The translations under genes and the position numbers were made by a program. The notes below the pieces were generated by a model. It was not told where the DNA came from and searched no databases. It saw only the letters and a program-made list of their open reading frames with translations. Of a DNA stretch of 64,000 nt, positions 50,811-61,728 are shown piece after piece. Positions within the stretch are counted from its first letter, which is position 1; the number at the start of each line of letters is the position of its first letter. The stretch spans positions 7,872,440 through 7,936,439 of the forward strand of contig CAVNZM010000013.1 in NCBI GenBank assembly GCA_963693365.1. The letters are read 5' to 3'. Source of the DNA: Amoebidium appalachense (taxonomy: Eukaryota > Protista > Ichthyosporea).

Positions 50811-52421
50811 ATGGCTGGCGAGCAGAACAAAAAAGACGACATGTCGTTTCTTTGGAAGGAGTTCCCCCAGTTCAAGGGCACCACTGTGCGAATTGACAAC
50901 AAAACCAAGAATGCAAGTGTTTTGGATGTCATCGCTCTTGTGCTCGGAAACCGTGAAGCAGCCCGCATGGCATGGAAATCTCTCAGAGACAGCTCTGATC
51001 CATCCGTAAGTGAAACCATAAGCGCGGCTTACGGTCTGAAAATCAACGGCAAGGGTCTGGAGACAGATGTTGCCCCCTTCCGCACCCTCATCGAGATCGT
51101 CTTACTTCTTCCCGGCAAGCGCGCGCACCATGTTCGCATGAGCAGTATCAATTTTATCAAGCGCCTGATGTCCAACGAAGTAAATTCCAGTCCTGGAAGT
51201 CAAACAGAAGGTATAAAAGGACCCAACACACACCACAATACCTCAGTCTCGCAAAGCATGGATCTCGAACACACCGATCTTGTCTTGACCGGAAACGAGG
51301 TCGCCGCTAAAAAAGGCGACACAATTTGCATAGGCAACCATGTCATTCGAGTGTGTCAGGTTGGTGGTGTGAAGATGGCGAGTCTTGTGGACTATACCAT
51401 GCTTGTCCGCGGTTTGGATAGAGACACAGCCGGTCGATATCTACGGCGTATCTTCGAAGACCCATCCCTCAAGCAATCGGTCAAAATGACCGATTGCCAC
51501 TTTGGAAATGGGGGAAAACCATCTCCTGGTGTTCCTGCAACTTCATTGGTCAAGCTGACCTTCAAGATTGCATCTGGCTCACGCTATGGTTCCGCGATCA
51601 TCGACAAGTGGGCCCGAGACATAGCGCGCCTGGAAGGTGGAGACGAAACTCTTGTGGAGGACATCGAGCGCAACCGTGCCACGGCAGCGGCCAACCCGTC
51701 AGGGCCCAACGCTTTCATGCGCGACAGTGTGAGGGGGGAAATGGGTGCGGCCGGCACCCCCGAGAGGGAGCCCAAGAGACTGAAGCTCGGAGACATCACC
51801 CAGTTCATGACCAACCAGGCCGAGATGGAAACTGCTCTGAGTCTGTACAAGGAGGCGCGCATCGCCGAATCTGCTCAGTACACGGAGATCATGATGATGC
51901 GCGAGCAGGCTGCTCTGATCCGAGAGGAGCGCCTGAAACTCGAGGTGCAGTGTCGGCTTCTGGAACTTCAGACCACAGACAATCTCAAGCAGGACCAAAT
52001 TCCATCGGAATTCGAGGATGCCAGTGATGAGCTGCGCCGGGTCACCAACCACGTGTGCACCAAGCAGCAGTCCGGTATCTACGTGTTTGTGTCCGAGTAT
52101 GGCGACCCGCCCTGTCTGAAGATCGGCCAGAGCCTGAAGGACGTGAAGGGCCGCATGAAGCAGGCCGGTACGTGGCATGTGGGGCCCAACAAGCGCCTGC
52201 TCTTTGCGCTTCCCGTGCCGTCCGAGCAGCTGGCGCTTGCAGAGAAGTGTCTGCACACCGCGCTTAAACACAAGAACGTCGAGCGCGAGCTGTTCCGTGT
52301 GGACTTTGTGACTTTTGCTGCTTCCATGCTGGAGATGGCGAGGGAGCACATGGAAGACGACTTGACAAGGGACCTCGTCATCAGCGTGTTCAAGAAAGCC
52401 AGCCAGGAGCAAGCACAGTAG
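50811..52421 (+). CDS. Viral protein with two Bro/KilA-like N-terminal DNA-binding domains, coiled coil and C-terminal T5orf172/GIY-YIG-like domain
   Basis: SVLDVIALV..KINGKGLETDVA..LIEIVLLLPGKRA; second copy SLVDYTMLV..FGNGGKPSPGV; C-terminal GIYVFV..LKIGQS..RM..AEKCLH..ERELF. Confidence 0.8.
   Translation: MAGEQNKKDDMSFLWKEFPQFKGTTVRIDNKTKNASVLDVIALVLGNREAARMAWKSLRDSSDPSVSETISAAYGLKINGKGLETDVAPFRTLIEIVLLLPGKRAHHVRMSSINFIKRLMSNEVNSSPGSQTEGIKGPNTHHNTSVSQSMDLEHTDLVLTGNEVAAKKGDTICIGNHVIRVCQVGGVKMASLVDYTMLVRGLDRDTAGRYLRRIFEDPSLKQSVKMTDCHFGNGGKPSPGVPATSLVKLTFKIASGSRYGSAIIDKWARDIARLEGGDETLVEDIERNRATAAANPSGPNAFMRDSVRGEMGAAGTPEREPKRLKLGDITQFMTNQAEMETALSLYKEARIAESAQYTEIMMMREQAALIREERLKLEVQCRLLELQTTDNLKQDQIPSEFEDASDELRRVTNHVCTKQQSGIYVFVSEYGDPPCLKIGQSLKDVKGRMKQAGTWHVGPNKRLLFALPVPSEQLALAEKCLHTALKHKNVERELFRVDFVTFAASMLEMAREHMEDDLTRDLVISVFKKASQEQAQ
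51211..51257 (+). promoter_or_regulatory. Internal TATA box + TCAGT initiator preceding in-frame ATG 51258
   Basis: GTATAAAAGG at 51211, TCAGT at 51243, AGCATG; same layout as 50765-50813. Confidence 0.6.
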
Positions 52422-52513
52422 CCCCACGACATACCTTCAAAGTTTCGTTTCTTCAAACAGAGGAAACACATCAATATTTCGATAAGCAGGTATACATATA
52501 CCCGCGCAGGGCC

Positions 52514-53267
52514 TCAGTCGCCGTAGTCGATGGGCCACTCGGTGGTGCCCATGTACGCACTGCCGCCGGGGGTGGTGCCGAACAGCCCGTAGAGCGTGTT
52601 GCCGAAGCCCAGCACGGCCTCGATGGCCTCATCGGGCAGCACGTGCGCCAGCCCGCGCCATAAGTTCCTGTGGATCCAGAGGCGGTCGCGCGTGTAGGGC
52701 GGGGCAGGCACGACGGCGGCCTGGTTTCGGATGAGCCCAGTGGCCGCTGTTTGTGCGAGTGTGGGGGCACCGGGGAGCGGGCGCTCGAAGATCAAGGTGG
52801 GGGTCTCCGTGTAGGAGGGCATGATATCTGCCCAATCCGGCGGCTGGATATCCAGGTCAAAGACCATCATCCACTGAAAGGCATTCAGTGCAGCGCTGTA
52901 CGTGACCATGAGCCGCCTGTCATCGACCCAGTCATGCCCCGCATCAATTGCAAACTCCCAGAAGCCCGTCGCGCGGCCATCATCCATCACGCGTGGAGGG
53001 TCATACCAGGCATCGATGAAGTGCGTGTGCTTGCACACAAACCTGAGTGGGGCAGTCAGCACCGACATTCTGCCCCTGCGAATGTTGCCGAATTCGTCCG
53101 TGGGCTCGGGCGGCTGCGGGTAGACGATGCGGACTACACCCAGTGCTCGGGTCTGGACCCCACCCGCAATGCCCGGCTGGGCGGGGATGAAACCACGTTG
53201 GGTCGTCGACAAAGGCTTGCAGGTCCCCCGGGTTGGACAGCACCCTCTTTTCCACCGGCCAGTTCAT
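52514..53267 (-). CDS. Hypothetical protein (probable frameshift near 53160)
   Basis: GC3-rich 232-aa frame; the upstream MNWPVEKRVLSNPGDLQAFVDDPTWFHP frame could join through a G run. Confidence 0.55.
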
Positions 53268-53375
53268 ATGTGCAGGCCCCAACAAATAGAACACAACCAG
53301 CTCTGGGACCTCCCCCCCACCCCCCAACAAACAAGAACACCCCTGCGCCCACAACTATTATCCATGCACACGGTA

Positions 53376-53765
53376 ATGTACGTGCTCGTTGCCCTACTTG
53401 CACAAGCCGCCGCCGCCGCCGCCAGCTACGTGACGGCCCCCCCGACGCCGGCGCCAACCACCCCGACGCCCACCCTCACCCAACCATCCAGATGCACACG
53501 GCTCGTTGCGCAGACGGCCACCGCAGCGCCCGTGTGCTCGCAGGTGCCGGTGCCGGGGGTGGGGTGCGGGTGGCTGTGCCGCACGGTGGTGCCGCAGAAT
53601 CCGTCGCTCGTGCCGTGCAACCAGTTTGTGGGCTGCAACCTCTACCGACCGGACCCCAAGACCGGCGGGGTGCTGCGGTGCAAGCGGCGCAGGGCCACGT
53701 CGATGCCGTGCGCGCCGGACTTCTGCTGCGTCAAGCCTGCTGGCATCGGTGCAGCAGGGATATAA
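53376..53765 (+). CDS. Small secreted Cys-rich protein with Thr/Pro stalk
   Basis: MYVLVALLAQAAAAA signal-like segment, TAPPTPAPTTPT, ten Cys. Confidence 0.65.
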   Translation: MYVLVALLAQAAAAAASYVTAPPTPAPTTPTPTLTQPSRCTRLVAQTATAAPVCSQVPVPGVGCGWLCRTVVPQNPSLVPCNQFVGCNLYRPDPKTGGVLRCKRRRATSMPCAPDFCCVKPAGIGAAGI

Positions 53766-53888
53766 ACTCTTTTGCATATATCGATCACAGAATGGACGCA
53801 ATCCCCCCCCCCCCCACCCCGCGCAGGAACCCATCCGAAACTGTCCCAGGGAACCACGCAGATGTCGAAAAATTCGGCTGTTGTGTAG

Positions 53889-55377
53889 ATGGCTTCAACA
53901 CAGACATTGTCGGTAAAGCCCCACTGCTTCTTCAAGTTTGTCAAACGCAATACCCAACATTTCAAGTTGGAAGACGCACATCTGAAACCCCGCAACACCC
54001 AGACATACAAGTGGGCTATGGGGGACGTCTGTCTCTCCATCAACTTGTGGAGCACTCGAAAACATGTAGAACCAGTCTGTCTGACCTGTGTTATATCTCT
54101 GGTTTTTGAAGCAGGGATGGGTGGCTACAAATTGTCATTTAATTGTATGCGTCAAACAGTGGGTACGGAATACAAGTTCGCTGTAAGGTATGATTCAAAA
54201 AGCCGGTTTCTCGTGGACCGGCGGAAGCACCTTTTCGGGTCGATTGTGGTGAAGTGTGCTCCCTACGTGGTCGAAAAGTACAAACAGGCTATTGGCCCTG
54301 GAAGACCTACGCCCTCGGACATGATGGAGGACATACAAAAAACGTGGCCACTTCTATTTGACTGGTACAACGGTCTCGTTGATCTTCAGAAGTCACTGGC
54401 CGAGCTGATTGGGGTTGGCTCCGTTGAAGCCTCACCGGCTGTGGCAGGGTGTCGCTCCATGTCTCGGGACAACACCTTCGTACTGCTGCAAACCTATCTG
54501 CCAAAATCTGTTCGTTTTTCCCCTGGCACATCCCTCAGAATAGAGAAATATAGTGATGCTGTCCGCGAGTCCACACCAGCACTCGGTGTTGTGACGGACA
54601 ATAGTAATATGTCCACTTGGAAGGTGTCAGCAGGAAAGTGGGGTTTCAACTGCTCGAAAGCATTCGTGTCGAACCTCTCTTCATGGCTTGAAAGCCAAGA
54701 ACGTGAGCGCTACTATATAATGTACGTGTCGAGCCCAGGGCATGCTTCTGTTATCATTATCGATTCGCAAGTCAAGGTGGTCGAGTGCTTTAACATGACT
54801 GCCCCGGCAGGGCTAATCGCTGACGCCCTCTGTATGTTCCTTGAGGGGGCGCACCTACCAACACGAATCTGTATGTAAGAGCCTTCAGAAACGTGTTGCA
54901 AGGGTTTTGTATGAGGGACTTGTCGATAGAAACGAAATACACGACTCGGCATGTGCCTCCTGGTTGATGGTCTACATACTCCGGCGCACGTCAAGCTTCG
55001 ACTGGGGTTCCCAACTGGGCAATGGAAACACCATTGGGGAACGGGTCTGCAATCATATAACGACAAAGCTTGAGAAGGTGGACAGAGGATTCCGGGCAGT
55101 CTACAAAATCGGGGCCGTGCTGTCCCTGTACGGGAAGCAACTGACCGAACTCTACTGGGCTAAGATGCATGAAGCAGACATATATGTGGTGCAGCCGAAT
55201 CTTGATGACCCACGGTACACACAGGTAATACAAGAGGTAATAACCAAGAAAACGGTCGTGTTGACCGATGCCGAGCTTGAAGCCGCAGGACTGCCGAGGC
55301 GCAGGGATGGAGAGCGGCTTGTGGAAGACATCGCGAAAGCAGCAGCGACAACTCCGAATGCAAGTGTGCTCGCATGA
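53889..55377 (+). CDS. CE-clan-like cysteine protease, paralog 1 (frameshift at ~54845)
   Basis: ORFs 53889-54878 and 54841-55377 are colinear with 62137-63645: GHASVII, ECFN, KSLQ, SACASWL. The shift falls in a G5 run. Confidence 0.7.
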
Positions 55378-55396
55378 GCAGGGGCGATTGCCAACT

Positions 55397-55996
55397 TTAT
55401 TTTGAACACTGTCTGCCTGCTTTCAGCGTGACCCCCCCCTTCTGATTCCGACAGAACAGGTACCACAGACCGTGCAGCAGCGCATCCGCCATGTCGTCCT
55501 TCTTGCCCTCCCGCCCAAACTTGTCCCGCCACCCCTGCTCACTCTGCAGCTTGAGCGCTTGCTGCGTGTCGACCACCGCACGCCGCTTGTACACCGCATA
55601 CGCCGCCTTGCCCGTCTCCGCAGGAGCCATTCCGTGGCGGGCGAGCCACGCCCCGCACTGGTTCTTGCGCGTGCCGTGCTGCAGCACCACGCCGGGCCCG
55701 TGGCCATTGGTCAATCTGAGGGTGAGGAAGTACGCCTGCAGCGCGTGCGCCAGCACGCTCAGCTTGGTGACCATCTGGCGCTCGATGACGACCATGTCGA
55801 CGTCCGCGAACAGCGCGCGGTCCTCGTGCAGCCGGCGCAGCAGCAGCTCCACCAGCACCGTGGCCGTGGTGTCCGGGTTGCCCACGAGCCAGCGGTCCCA
55901 CGTGTGGATGATGAAGGGCGTGGCGGGGTCGTCGGTGGTGCTGAGCACGCACACCACCAGGTTCAGGAAGCCGATGTCGATGGCGGCCACACGCAT
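55397..55996 (-). CDS. RuvC-like Holliday junction resolvase (poxvirus A22/Ydc2 type)
   Basis: AAIDIGFLNL, VVIERQ, KKDDMADALL carry all the acidic catalytic motifs; NCLDV core gene. Confidence 0.93.
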   Translation of the reverse strand: MRVAAIDIGFLNLVVCVLSTTDDPATPFIIHTWDRWLVGNPDTTATVLVELLLRRLHEDRALFADVDMVVIERQMVTKLSVLAHALQAYFLTLRLTNGHGPGVVLQHGTRKNQCGAWLARHGMAPAETGKAAYAVYKRRAVVDTQQALKLQSEQGWRDKFGREGKKDDMADALLHGLWYLFCRNQKGGVTLKAGRQCSK

Positions 55997-56074
55997 TGTG
56001 AGGGTGGGGGGTTGGGGGATTCCCTTTTATGCTTCCCTGCCCAACTCGTTTACAAGAATATTGTTGGCACAGGC

Positions 56075-56590
56075 ATGGGAATCGGGACTTCACAGGCCAC
56101 ATGGGGATGGGACGCGGATTACGACCACGAGGTGTTTATCGACGGCGGCTCGGATTTGGCCGAAATGATACCACGGCTGGGCCAGCCCAACATATTCTAC
56201 TTGCAGCTGACACTGCCGTGCGAGGATGTGTTGTCCGGGCAGGAGTCGTTTCTGTTCTTGATCGAAAGCGCACAGGCGCGGGAGCCCTGGATGATCCATG
56301 GGAGGGGGCACTACAACTGGCTCATGGTCGGGCGGCTCGAGGGGGTCCCCGTCGTCGTCAACATCATCTTCTTCGGTGACGAGGAGGAGGACAGGTTTGG
56401 CGTGTTCCTCATGGAGACGTCGTCCGATCCCCAGTACACCGACCGCTACCAGCAGTTCCAGGAGCGCGCGCGTCACTGCGGCATGGCTGTGGCGCGCCGT
56501 GCGGCGTACGCGACATTCGAGTCCTTCTCGTTCGTGCCTAGGTTCCCACAGGTTGAACGCCCCGCTGACAGGGCGGCTATGGGCGGGTAG
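56075..56590 (+). CDS. Hypothetical protein, possible N-myristoylation (MGIGTS)
   Basis: GC3-rich frame, divergent from the resolvase across a short AT-rich spacer. Confidence 0.6.
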   Translation: MGIGTSQATWGWDADYDHEVFIDGGSDLAEMIPRLGQPNIFYLQLTLPCEDVLSGQESFLFLIESAQAREPWMIHGRGHYNWLMVGRLEGVPVVVNIIFFGDEEEDRFGVFLMETSSDPQYTDRYQQFQERARHCGMAVARRAAYATFESFSFVPRFPQVERPADRAAMGG

Positions 56591-57080
56591 AGGTTAGACC
56601 ATTAAAGCCTTGTATGTCATCGGCGACTCCTTCCCCCCATGGACCATAAAGATCCAGCACGTCCAGGAGTACGCTGCGAAACTTGTTGAAGGGAACATCA
56701 AAGAGCTCGGTGTTTTTGTTGTCTCCCACCCGGCATCCGCGCAGCTCGGTCTTTATGAACTTCTCTATTGGCCGGGGGGTTTCGGAAGGCAGCAGCAGGA
56801 CGATCTTGTTGTTCATGTCAGCCAAGAGGGAACGATAATCCGAAAAGCGTTTCTCTACATTGGTTGTGAAACCGAATTTCAGGCGTTGGTGGGAATCTGT
56901 CGAAGGTACATGCACGGCGTACACAAACGTATCTCCTCGCTGTGCTAAGCGATACAGGGTGCGTGTGTTTTCTGCATTGCTTTTTATCCCTTCCCTTCCT
57001 CTCAACTTTTTCCAGCCAAAAAATATTATCTGTGCACATATAGATGGCCACCCTCGTATCCCAGCCACCGGATTACACAT
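56577..57080 (-). CDS. T5orf172/MUG113 (GIY-YIG-like) domain protein; start uncertain, possibly truncated
   Basis: FVYAV..LKFGFTTNVEKRFSDY..IEKFIKTEL..TELF. Confidence 0.7.
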   Translation of the reverse strand: MCNPVAGIRGWPSICAQIIFFGWKKLRGREGIKSNAENTRTLYRLAQRGDTFVYAVHVPSTDSHQRLKFGFTTNVEKRFSDYRSLLADMNNKIVLLLPSETPRPIEKFIKTELRGCRVGDNKNTELFDVPFNKFRSVLLDVLDLYGPWGEGVADDIQGFNGLTSTRP

Positions 57081-58382
57081 CAGTGACCCAATCGCTACCT
57101 TCGGAGAGAGTTGTTATGCGCAATGGAAAGGTTTTGAAGGAAGGTGAGATAACACCTATCAGGGATGCAGAAGGAAACCTGCTTACATATGGCGAGGTAC
57201 GAAAGGGCGGAGAGCTTTGGGTAAATGCAACTCACATCGGCAAAAAAAAATAACAAAACCTGGAGCAATTGGTTCAAGCTGGATAGCACACACACGTTGT
57301 TGGACGAAATAGAGAAGCAGATGAACCCTTCTGTTCAGAAGGATTCGAAGAATGGGAACACTTCTGATCAGAAGGATTCATTGAATAAGAATGGGAACAC
57401 TTCTGATCAGAAGGATTCAGCTGCTACCCGGAAGGGGTCCGCTCAATGGTCCAGTATCGACACATCACGCTATCATTACAAGGGCGAAAATGCTGAGATT
57501 TTTCGTGGCACCTGGGTTCTCGTAGATGTTGCTACTGCATTTGCACAACACATCAGTCCGGCCTATCATTCCAAGTGGTGCTCTATTCAGGGCAAGGTTC
57601 TGTCTGGTGACCACTCAGCTGTCGCCGATGTCCTGCAGGAAACGGATGTGGCCGCAGGCACCGAATCTGTTGGTTCCATCCACACACGGCCTAAACGCCC
57701 CGCAAGCGACATAAAACAGGACGAACAGTTGCGCTCGGTCAAGCCGCGTGTCATGCGAGAATCCGAGCTGGCCCGGTACGAGAGGTACATGATGGTTCAC
57801 GATCCTATCCTACGGGAAGCAAATGCCAAAATCATGGCCCTGCGTGAGGAAGGAAGGTTGGTAGAAAAGCAAACCGAACTGATGAAAGCCGAGCGTGACA
57901 AGGTGCTTGCTGACTGCGACAAGATTGACAAGGAAATCCGTATTCTGCAGCTGCAGCGTGAGATGCGCACCGAGGAGGACTATTTGCCACCTGAGTATAT
58001 CAAAGCCTCTAAACGACATCGGAATGTCACGCAGCGCACCTGTACCCAGCAGGTCCCGGGTGTCTACGTGTTTGTTTCGAAGTACGGGACTGTCCCTTGC
58101 CTGAAAATTGGCCTAAGTATGAAGAACGTGAGTGGACGTATGCGCGAGGCTGCTACCTGGCATACTGATGCGCAAAAGCGCCTTCTGTTTGCTCTGCCTG
58201 TTCCTACTCAGAACCTGAGAGATGCAGAAAGGTTTGTGCACCAGCAACTTTACCAAGAAAACATCGAACGCGAGATGTTTGGGGTAGAGTTTGCCTGCTT
58301 GGCTCCGGTTCTTGCCGACATGGCCGAAACCTTTATGGACCCTGGCGATACCAAGGACTTGGCACTAGCTGTATTTGGATAA
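57044..58382 (+). CDS. KilA-N + T5orf172 domain protein (frameshift in A9 run 57242-57250)
   Basis: WVNATHIGK-NKTWSNWFKLDST..RGTWVLVDVATAFAQHISPAY (KilA-N); C-terminus homologous to that of 50811-52421. Confidence 0.85.
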
Positions 58383-58550
58383 GGTAATGAAGACATTGCG
58401 CAACACGAAAATCACTTACCCATTGGCAGAGCTTTCGGGAGACCTGCCCTGCACCTGATAATGGTGTTCTCTAATTTCGAAGGAGAAAATGATGATCTGC
58501 CCTGCATTTGTGGGCATTCCAAGTAAACAATGTAAAAAACAGCATTTGGT

Positions 58551-59911
58551 TTATTTAACCGCGACCAGCGCCGAGAAGCACCCGCTCACCCTTGTCCCGG
58601 TCTCGTCCACCACCACCAGCCGCAGCGTGTCGACGTGGTCCAGCGTCCCCAAGATCTGCGGGCTCGCCAGCATGTCGTCCACCGCCCCGCCCGCCGCCCC
58701 CTGCACGCCCGGCGCCATGATGCGCCCCTGCAGGTTCGTCTCGCCCTGCATGACGTGCACCATGAGCGCCCCCCGCGGGCCCAGGGGGTGCATCCGTCCC
58801 AAACACGCACTGGATGTTGTCGCCCTGGCACGGCAGCTGCTGGTCGCCCTCCTCCACGGCCGCATGGTCTCGCCCCGTCGAAGTAGCGGGCCAGCGGAGG
58901 CAGCCCCGCTGTCAGGCTGTGGCTGACGTGCGCGCCGGCCGCCATTCCCAGCACGCTCCCGAGCCCCCGGCACACGTCAAGCGAGAACGTCGGCACCGAC
59001 GCATACGGCAGCCAGTGCTTCATGGTGTCCGGGTCCATGTTCTTGCGGTGGTGGATGCTGATGACCAGTCGCCCGGGCAGCGCGAGCTTCGAGGGCGTCA
59101 TGAGGTTGTACAGCGTGTTGTGGAACGGCCACTGGATGCGCCCGTGGGTGTCACGCTCGTTGGCCAGCTCACGCCACGCCCATGCGTTCTCCCTGTAGTA
59201 CAGCTGCGCGAGCATCAGCGCCTCGAATGCGATCTCGTCGCGCGGGCCCTGCCGGCGTGGCGCCCACCGCGTCTTGCACACAAAGTCCTGGTGCCTGGTC
59301 CACGCCTCGCCGTTGCTCTCGGCGTCCCGGCGCAACCGCTCCGTGTGTGTGACGCTGGCGTAGTAGGGCAGCGTGTCCGGGTACATCTCCAAAATGTCCG
59401 CCACCTCCTCGGGGCTGTAGCTGGGGTTGAAGCATGCGGCGATGGCGGCGTCCAGACGCATCTCGAGTTCGGCGCACAGGGTGTCCAGGGTGTAGTTGCC
59501 CACAGGCAGGTACACGTCGGTGGACGCCTTCACCCACATGCCTGGGGGCCGGCCGTCGGGCGAGTCCAGGTACGACAGCGACAGCGTGAGCTTGTTGGCG
59601 CCCTCGCACACGTCGTACAAGCTGTGCGCCTTGATGCCCTCAACACGGATGCCGTGCACGGACTGGGTGGCGGGAAACTCCACCTGCAGCGGCCGGCACT
59701 CGGACCCGCCCGTCACGAAGTGGTAGCGCCACTGGCCCTGCGGCGGCTGCGGGGGCTCGACACGCGGGGGCGCCTCGCTCGGCACCGACACGCTGCGGGG
59801 GGCCGAGGGCAGGGCTGGCCCGTGCGGGAACGCTGCCCGGCGCGCCACGGCTGCCGAGAAATCGATGTGGGACGCCATGTCGTCAAGGATGCGGGAGCGC
59901 GCATGCGACAT
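58551..59911 (-). CDS. Penton/minor-capsid-like (single jelly-roll, DUF5901-like) protein, two apparent frameshifts near 58875 and 58785
   Basis: VEFPATQSVHGIRVEGI..SLYDVCEGANKL..VYLPVGNYTLDTLCAEL and terminal VDTLRLVVVDETG resemble NCLDV/Polinton penton motifs. Confidence 0.6.
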
Positions 59912-60092
59912 TACATTGGGGCACAATAAAAAAGAAGCCAGCTCTAGACACAAGATCAAACAGCCATCAAATTGGATGGCATATACACGACAAAGAAAAA
60001 CAAGGTTGCCAAATATCTTTGTAGCAGCGTGCACCAAAACCAGGGGGCAATGGAAATGCCAGCCTTTCTTACATTTGTTCATCTGATTCATG

Positions 60093-60596
60093 CTAGAACT
60101 CAACCAGCTTGCCATGTTGCTTCTCGCTCTCCGGCACTTGTGCGGCCATCACATACGTGACCTGCGATTCCGATGCAGCCACACCGGACTTGTTTGACCA
60201 CGGATCCAACGGCCATTTCTTGACGGCTTTTCTCATGTAGCAATAGCCTTTTGGCCGCTTCCCGTCCATATCCTGCCATGGCGAATAGCCCACCTGTTGG
60301 CATCCGCTCATAGATTGGCATCGGTTAATGCACTGACTGGCCGACGTGTACCCATAGTTCACCGGGTCTTGCCAGTCGTTAAACGTGTTGTCCGTGCTGT
60401 GGTCCCCCACTTGGTCGAAAGCATACCACTGTGTCCGTGCGACTGCAGGGGTACTGTCGTTTTTGCCGGGGCCAGGCTTAGGGGTACTGTCGTTTTTGCC
60501 AGGGGCAGGTTTGGGTTCGTACTTGATGTATGCCCATGCCAACACACCGATAGTAAGCATTAGAATGATTAAGGCAATCGCATTTGACAAGTCCAT
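60093..60596 (-). CDS. Membrane-anchored PAN/apple-like domain protein
   Basis: N-terminal TM, duplicated PKPxPGKNDST, SASQCINRCQSMSGCQQVGY..GYCYMR. Confidence 0.7.
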   Translation of the reverse strand: MDLSNAIALIILMLTIGVLAWAYIKYEPKPAPGKNDSTPKPGPGKNDSTPAVARTQWYAFDQVGDHSTDNTFNDWQDPVNYGYTSASQCINRCQSMSGCQQVGYSPWQDMDGKRPKGYCYMRKAVKKWPLDPWSNKSGVAASESQVTYVMAAQVPESEKQHGKLVEF

Positions 60597-60676
60597 TCTT
60601 CTTGCGCAAATTAAAAGCTGACGTGGCTGAACAAAACAAAGAATGGACAGGCCAACTCTGGTTTTCCGAGAAATGA

Positions 60677-61072
60677 TTAACGTCTGATGAGCGTGCAACG
60701 GCACTCCCAGTTGGATGCGTTCACCCCGGTGGGTGGTGCGGGCGGGTCCACGGGCATCGTGGGCATGGGTTCGTCGGTTGGGTCGCCTTCAGTGATGGAG
60801 GTGGGGATCTCGAATACGTCGGTGTCCGTTTCGGTGGGAGTTTCCGAGGCCGAGGTGGTTTCGATGGTTTGAATCGAAGCGGCGGCTGTGGTGGTGGCTG
60901 CAACGGTCTCCACGTGCGTCAGGGTCGCCCACCACGTCTTTGTTTCGGCAGTGGAGCTGGGCGGCACGTGCGCGGTGGTTGCCGCAAGGGTTGCCGAGCT
61001 CGCAAACACCAGGCACTCGGGGGCCGCAAGGACCAGTGCAAGCAGGGGGGGACACAGGAGCAGCGCACGCAT
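60677..61072 (-). CDS. Small secreted Thr-rich (mucin-like) protein
   Basis: MRALLLCPPLLALVLAA signal, T/P/E-rich body, WECRC tail. Confidence 0.6.
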   Translation of the reverse strand: MRALLLCPPLLALVLAAPECLVFASSATLAATTAHVPPSSTAETKTWWATLTHVETVAATTTAAASIQTIETTSASETPTETDTDVFEIPTSITEGDPTDEPMPTMPVDPPAPPTGVNASNWECRCTLIRR

Positions 61073-61092
61073 TGATAGATGGCTACAAAATA

Positions 61093-61680
61093 TCAGAGCT
61101 CGAGCAGCGCCAGAAAAAGCGTCAGGCCCGGGAACGGGAACAGGTCCACGCACACGCGCACGCGCCACACGTGCAGCAGGCACAGCGCAAGGTTGACGCC
61201 GCGGAACCCATACTGCATGGTGGGGCTCGTGTCTGCGACCGAGGACACAAACCACGAGGGCATGGGCAGGGGCCCCACGCCGAGCACGCCGATGGAGAAG
61301 GCCACGCCGAGCTCCACGCGGCCCTGGGGCGGTGCGCTAGGTGGGGGGAGAGCCGGCAGGTCTTTGTCGTGCAGACGCAGCCGCACGCCCGCCAGACCCG
61401 TGTCGGGAACGTGGTTGGGCTGCGGGAGCGGGCAGTCGCTGAACCCAAAAGAGCTCGCCTGAGCCGGGTCATCGGTGAACGTGACGACGTTGGCCTCGGG
61501 CAGCGCCCTCCAGTACATGCGTGTCTCACCGAGCATGGCGGTGACCTTGTCGCCGTCACGCCGCCACCGCAGGCCCATGCCCGTGTGCCTCGTGTTGGCC
61601 AGGTCCTCGGGCCACTCCACCGGGCAGCTGAGCAGCGCGAGGTTGCGGCTGACGAAGCGGTTGCCGTGCGTGATGTGCAT
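61093..61680 (-). CDS. Hypothetical protein
   Basis: 195-aa GC3-rich frame filling the gap between neighbours. Confidence 0.55.
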   Translation of the reverse strand: MHITHGNRFVSRNLALLSCPVEWPEDLANTRHTGMGLRWRRDGDKVTAMLGETRMYWRALPEANVVTFTDDPAQASSFGFSDCPLPQPNHVPDTGLAGVRLRLHDKDLPALPPPSAPPQGRVELGVAFSIGVLGVGPLPMPSWFVSSVADTSPTMQYGFRGVNLALCLLHVWRVRVCVDLFPFPGLTLFLALLEL

Positions 61681-61728
61681 GCACTACAGGAAGATTAAGC
61701 CGGCACAAAATGCGCCCGTGACGTAACA

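Noticed and set aside
52670-59929. Long antisense/overlapping ORFs (52670-54109, 55472-56074 part, 58814-59929)
   Set aside because: Shadow frames of GC-rich genes that have clear motifs on the other strand or frame.
46668-60000. Polinton/adintovirus or prophage rather than giant virus
   Set aside because: No protein-primed PolB, retroviral integrase or phage structural genes were seen; PCNA, A22-like resolvase and the size favour Nucleocytoviricota. The major capsid and polymerase genes are not in this window.
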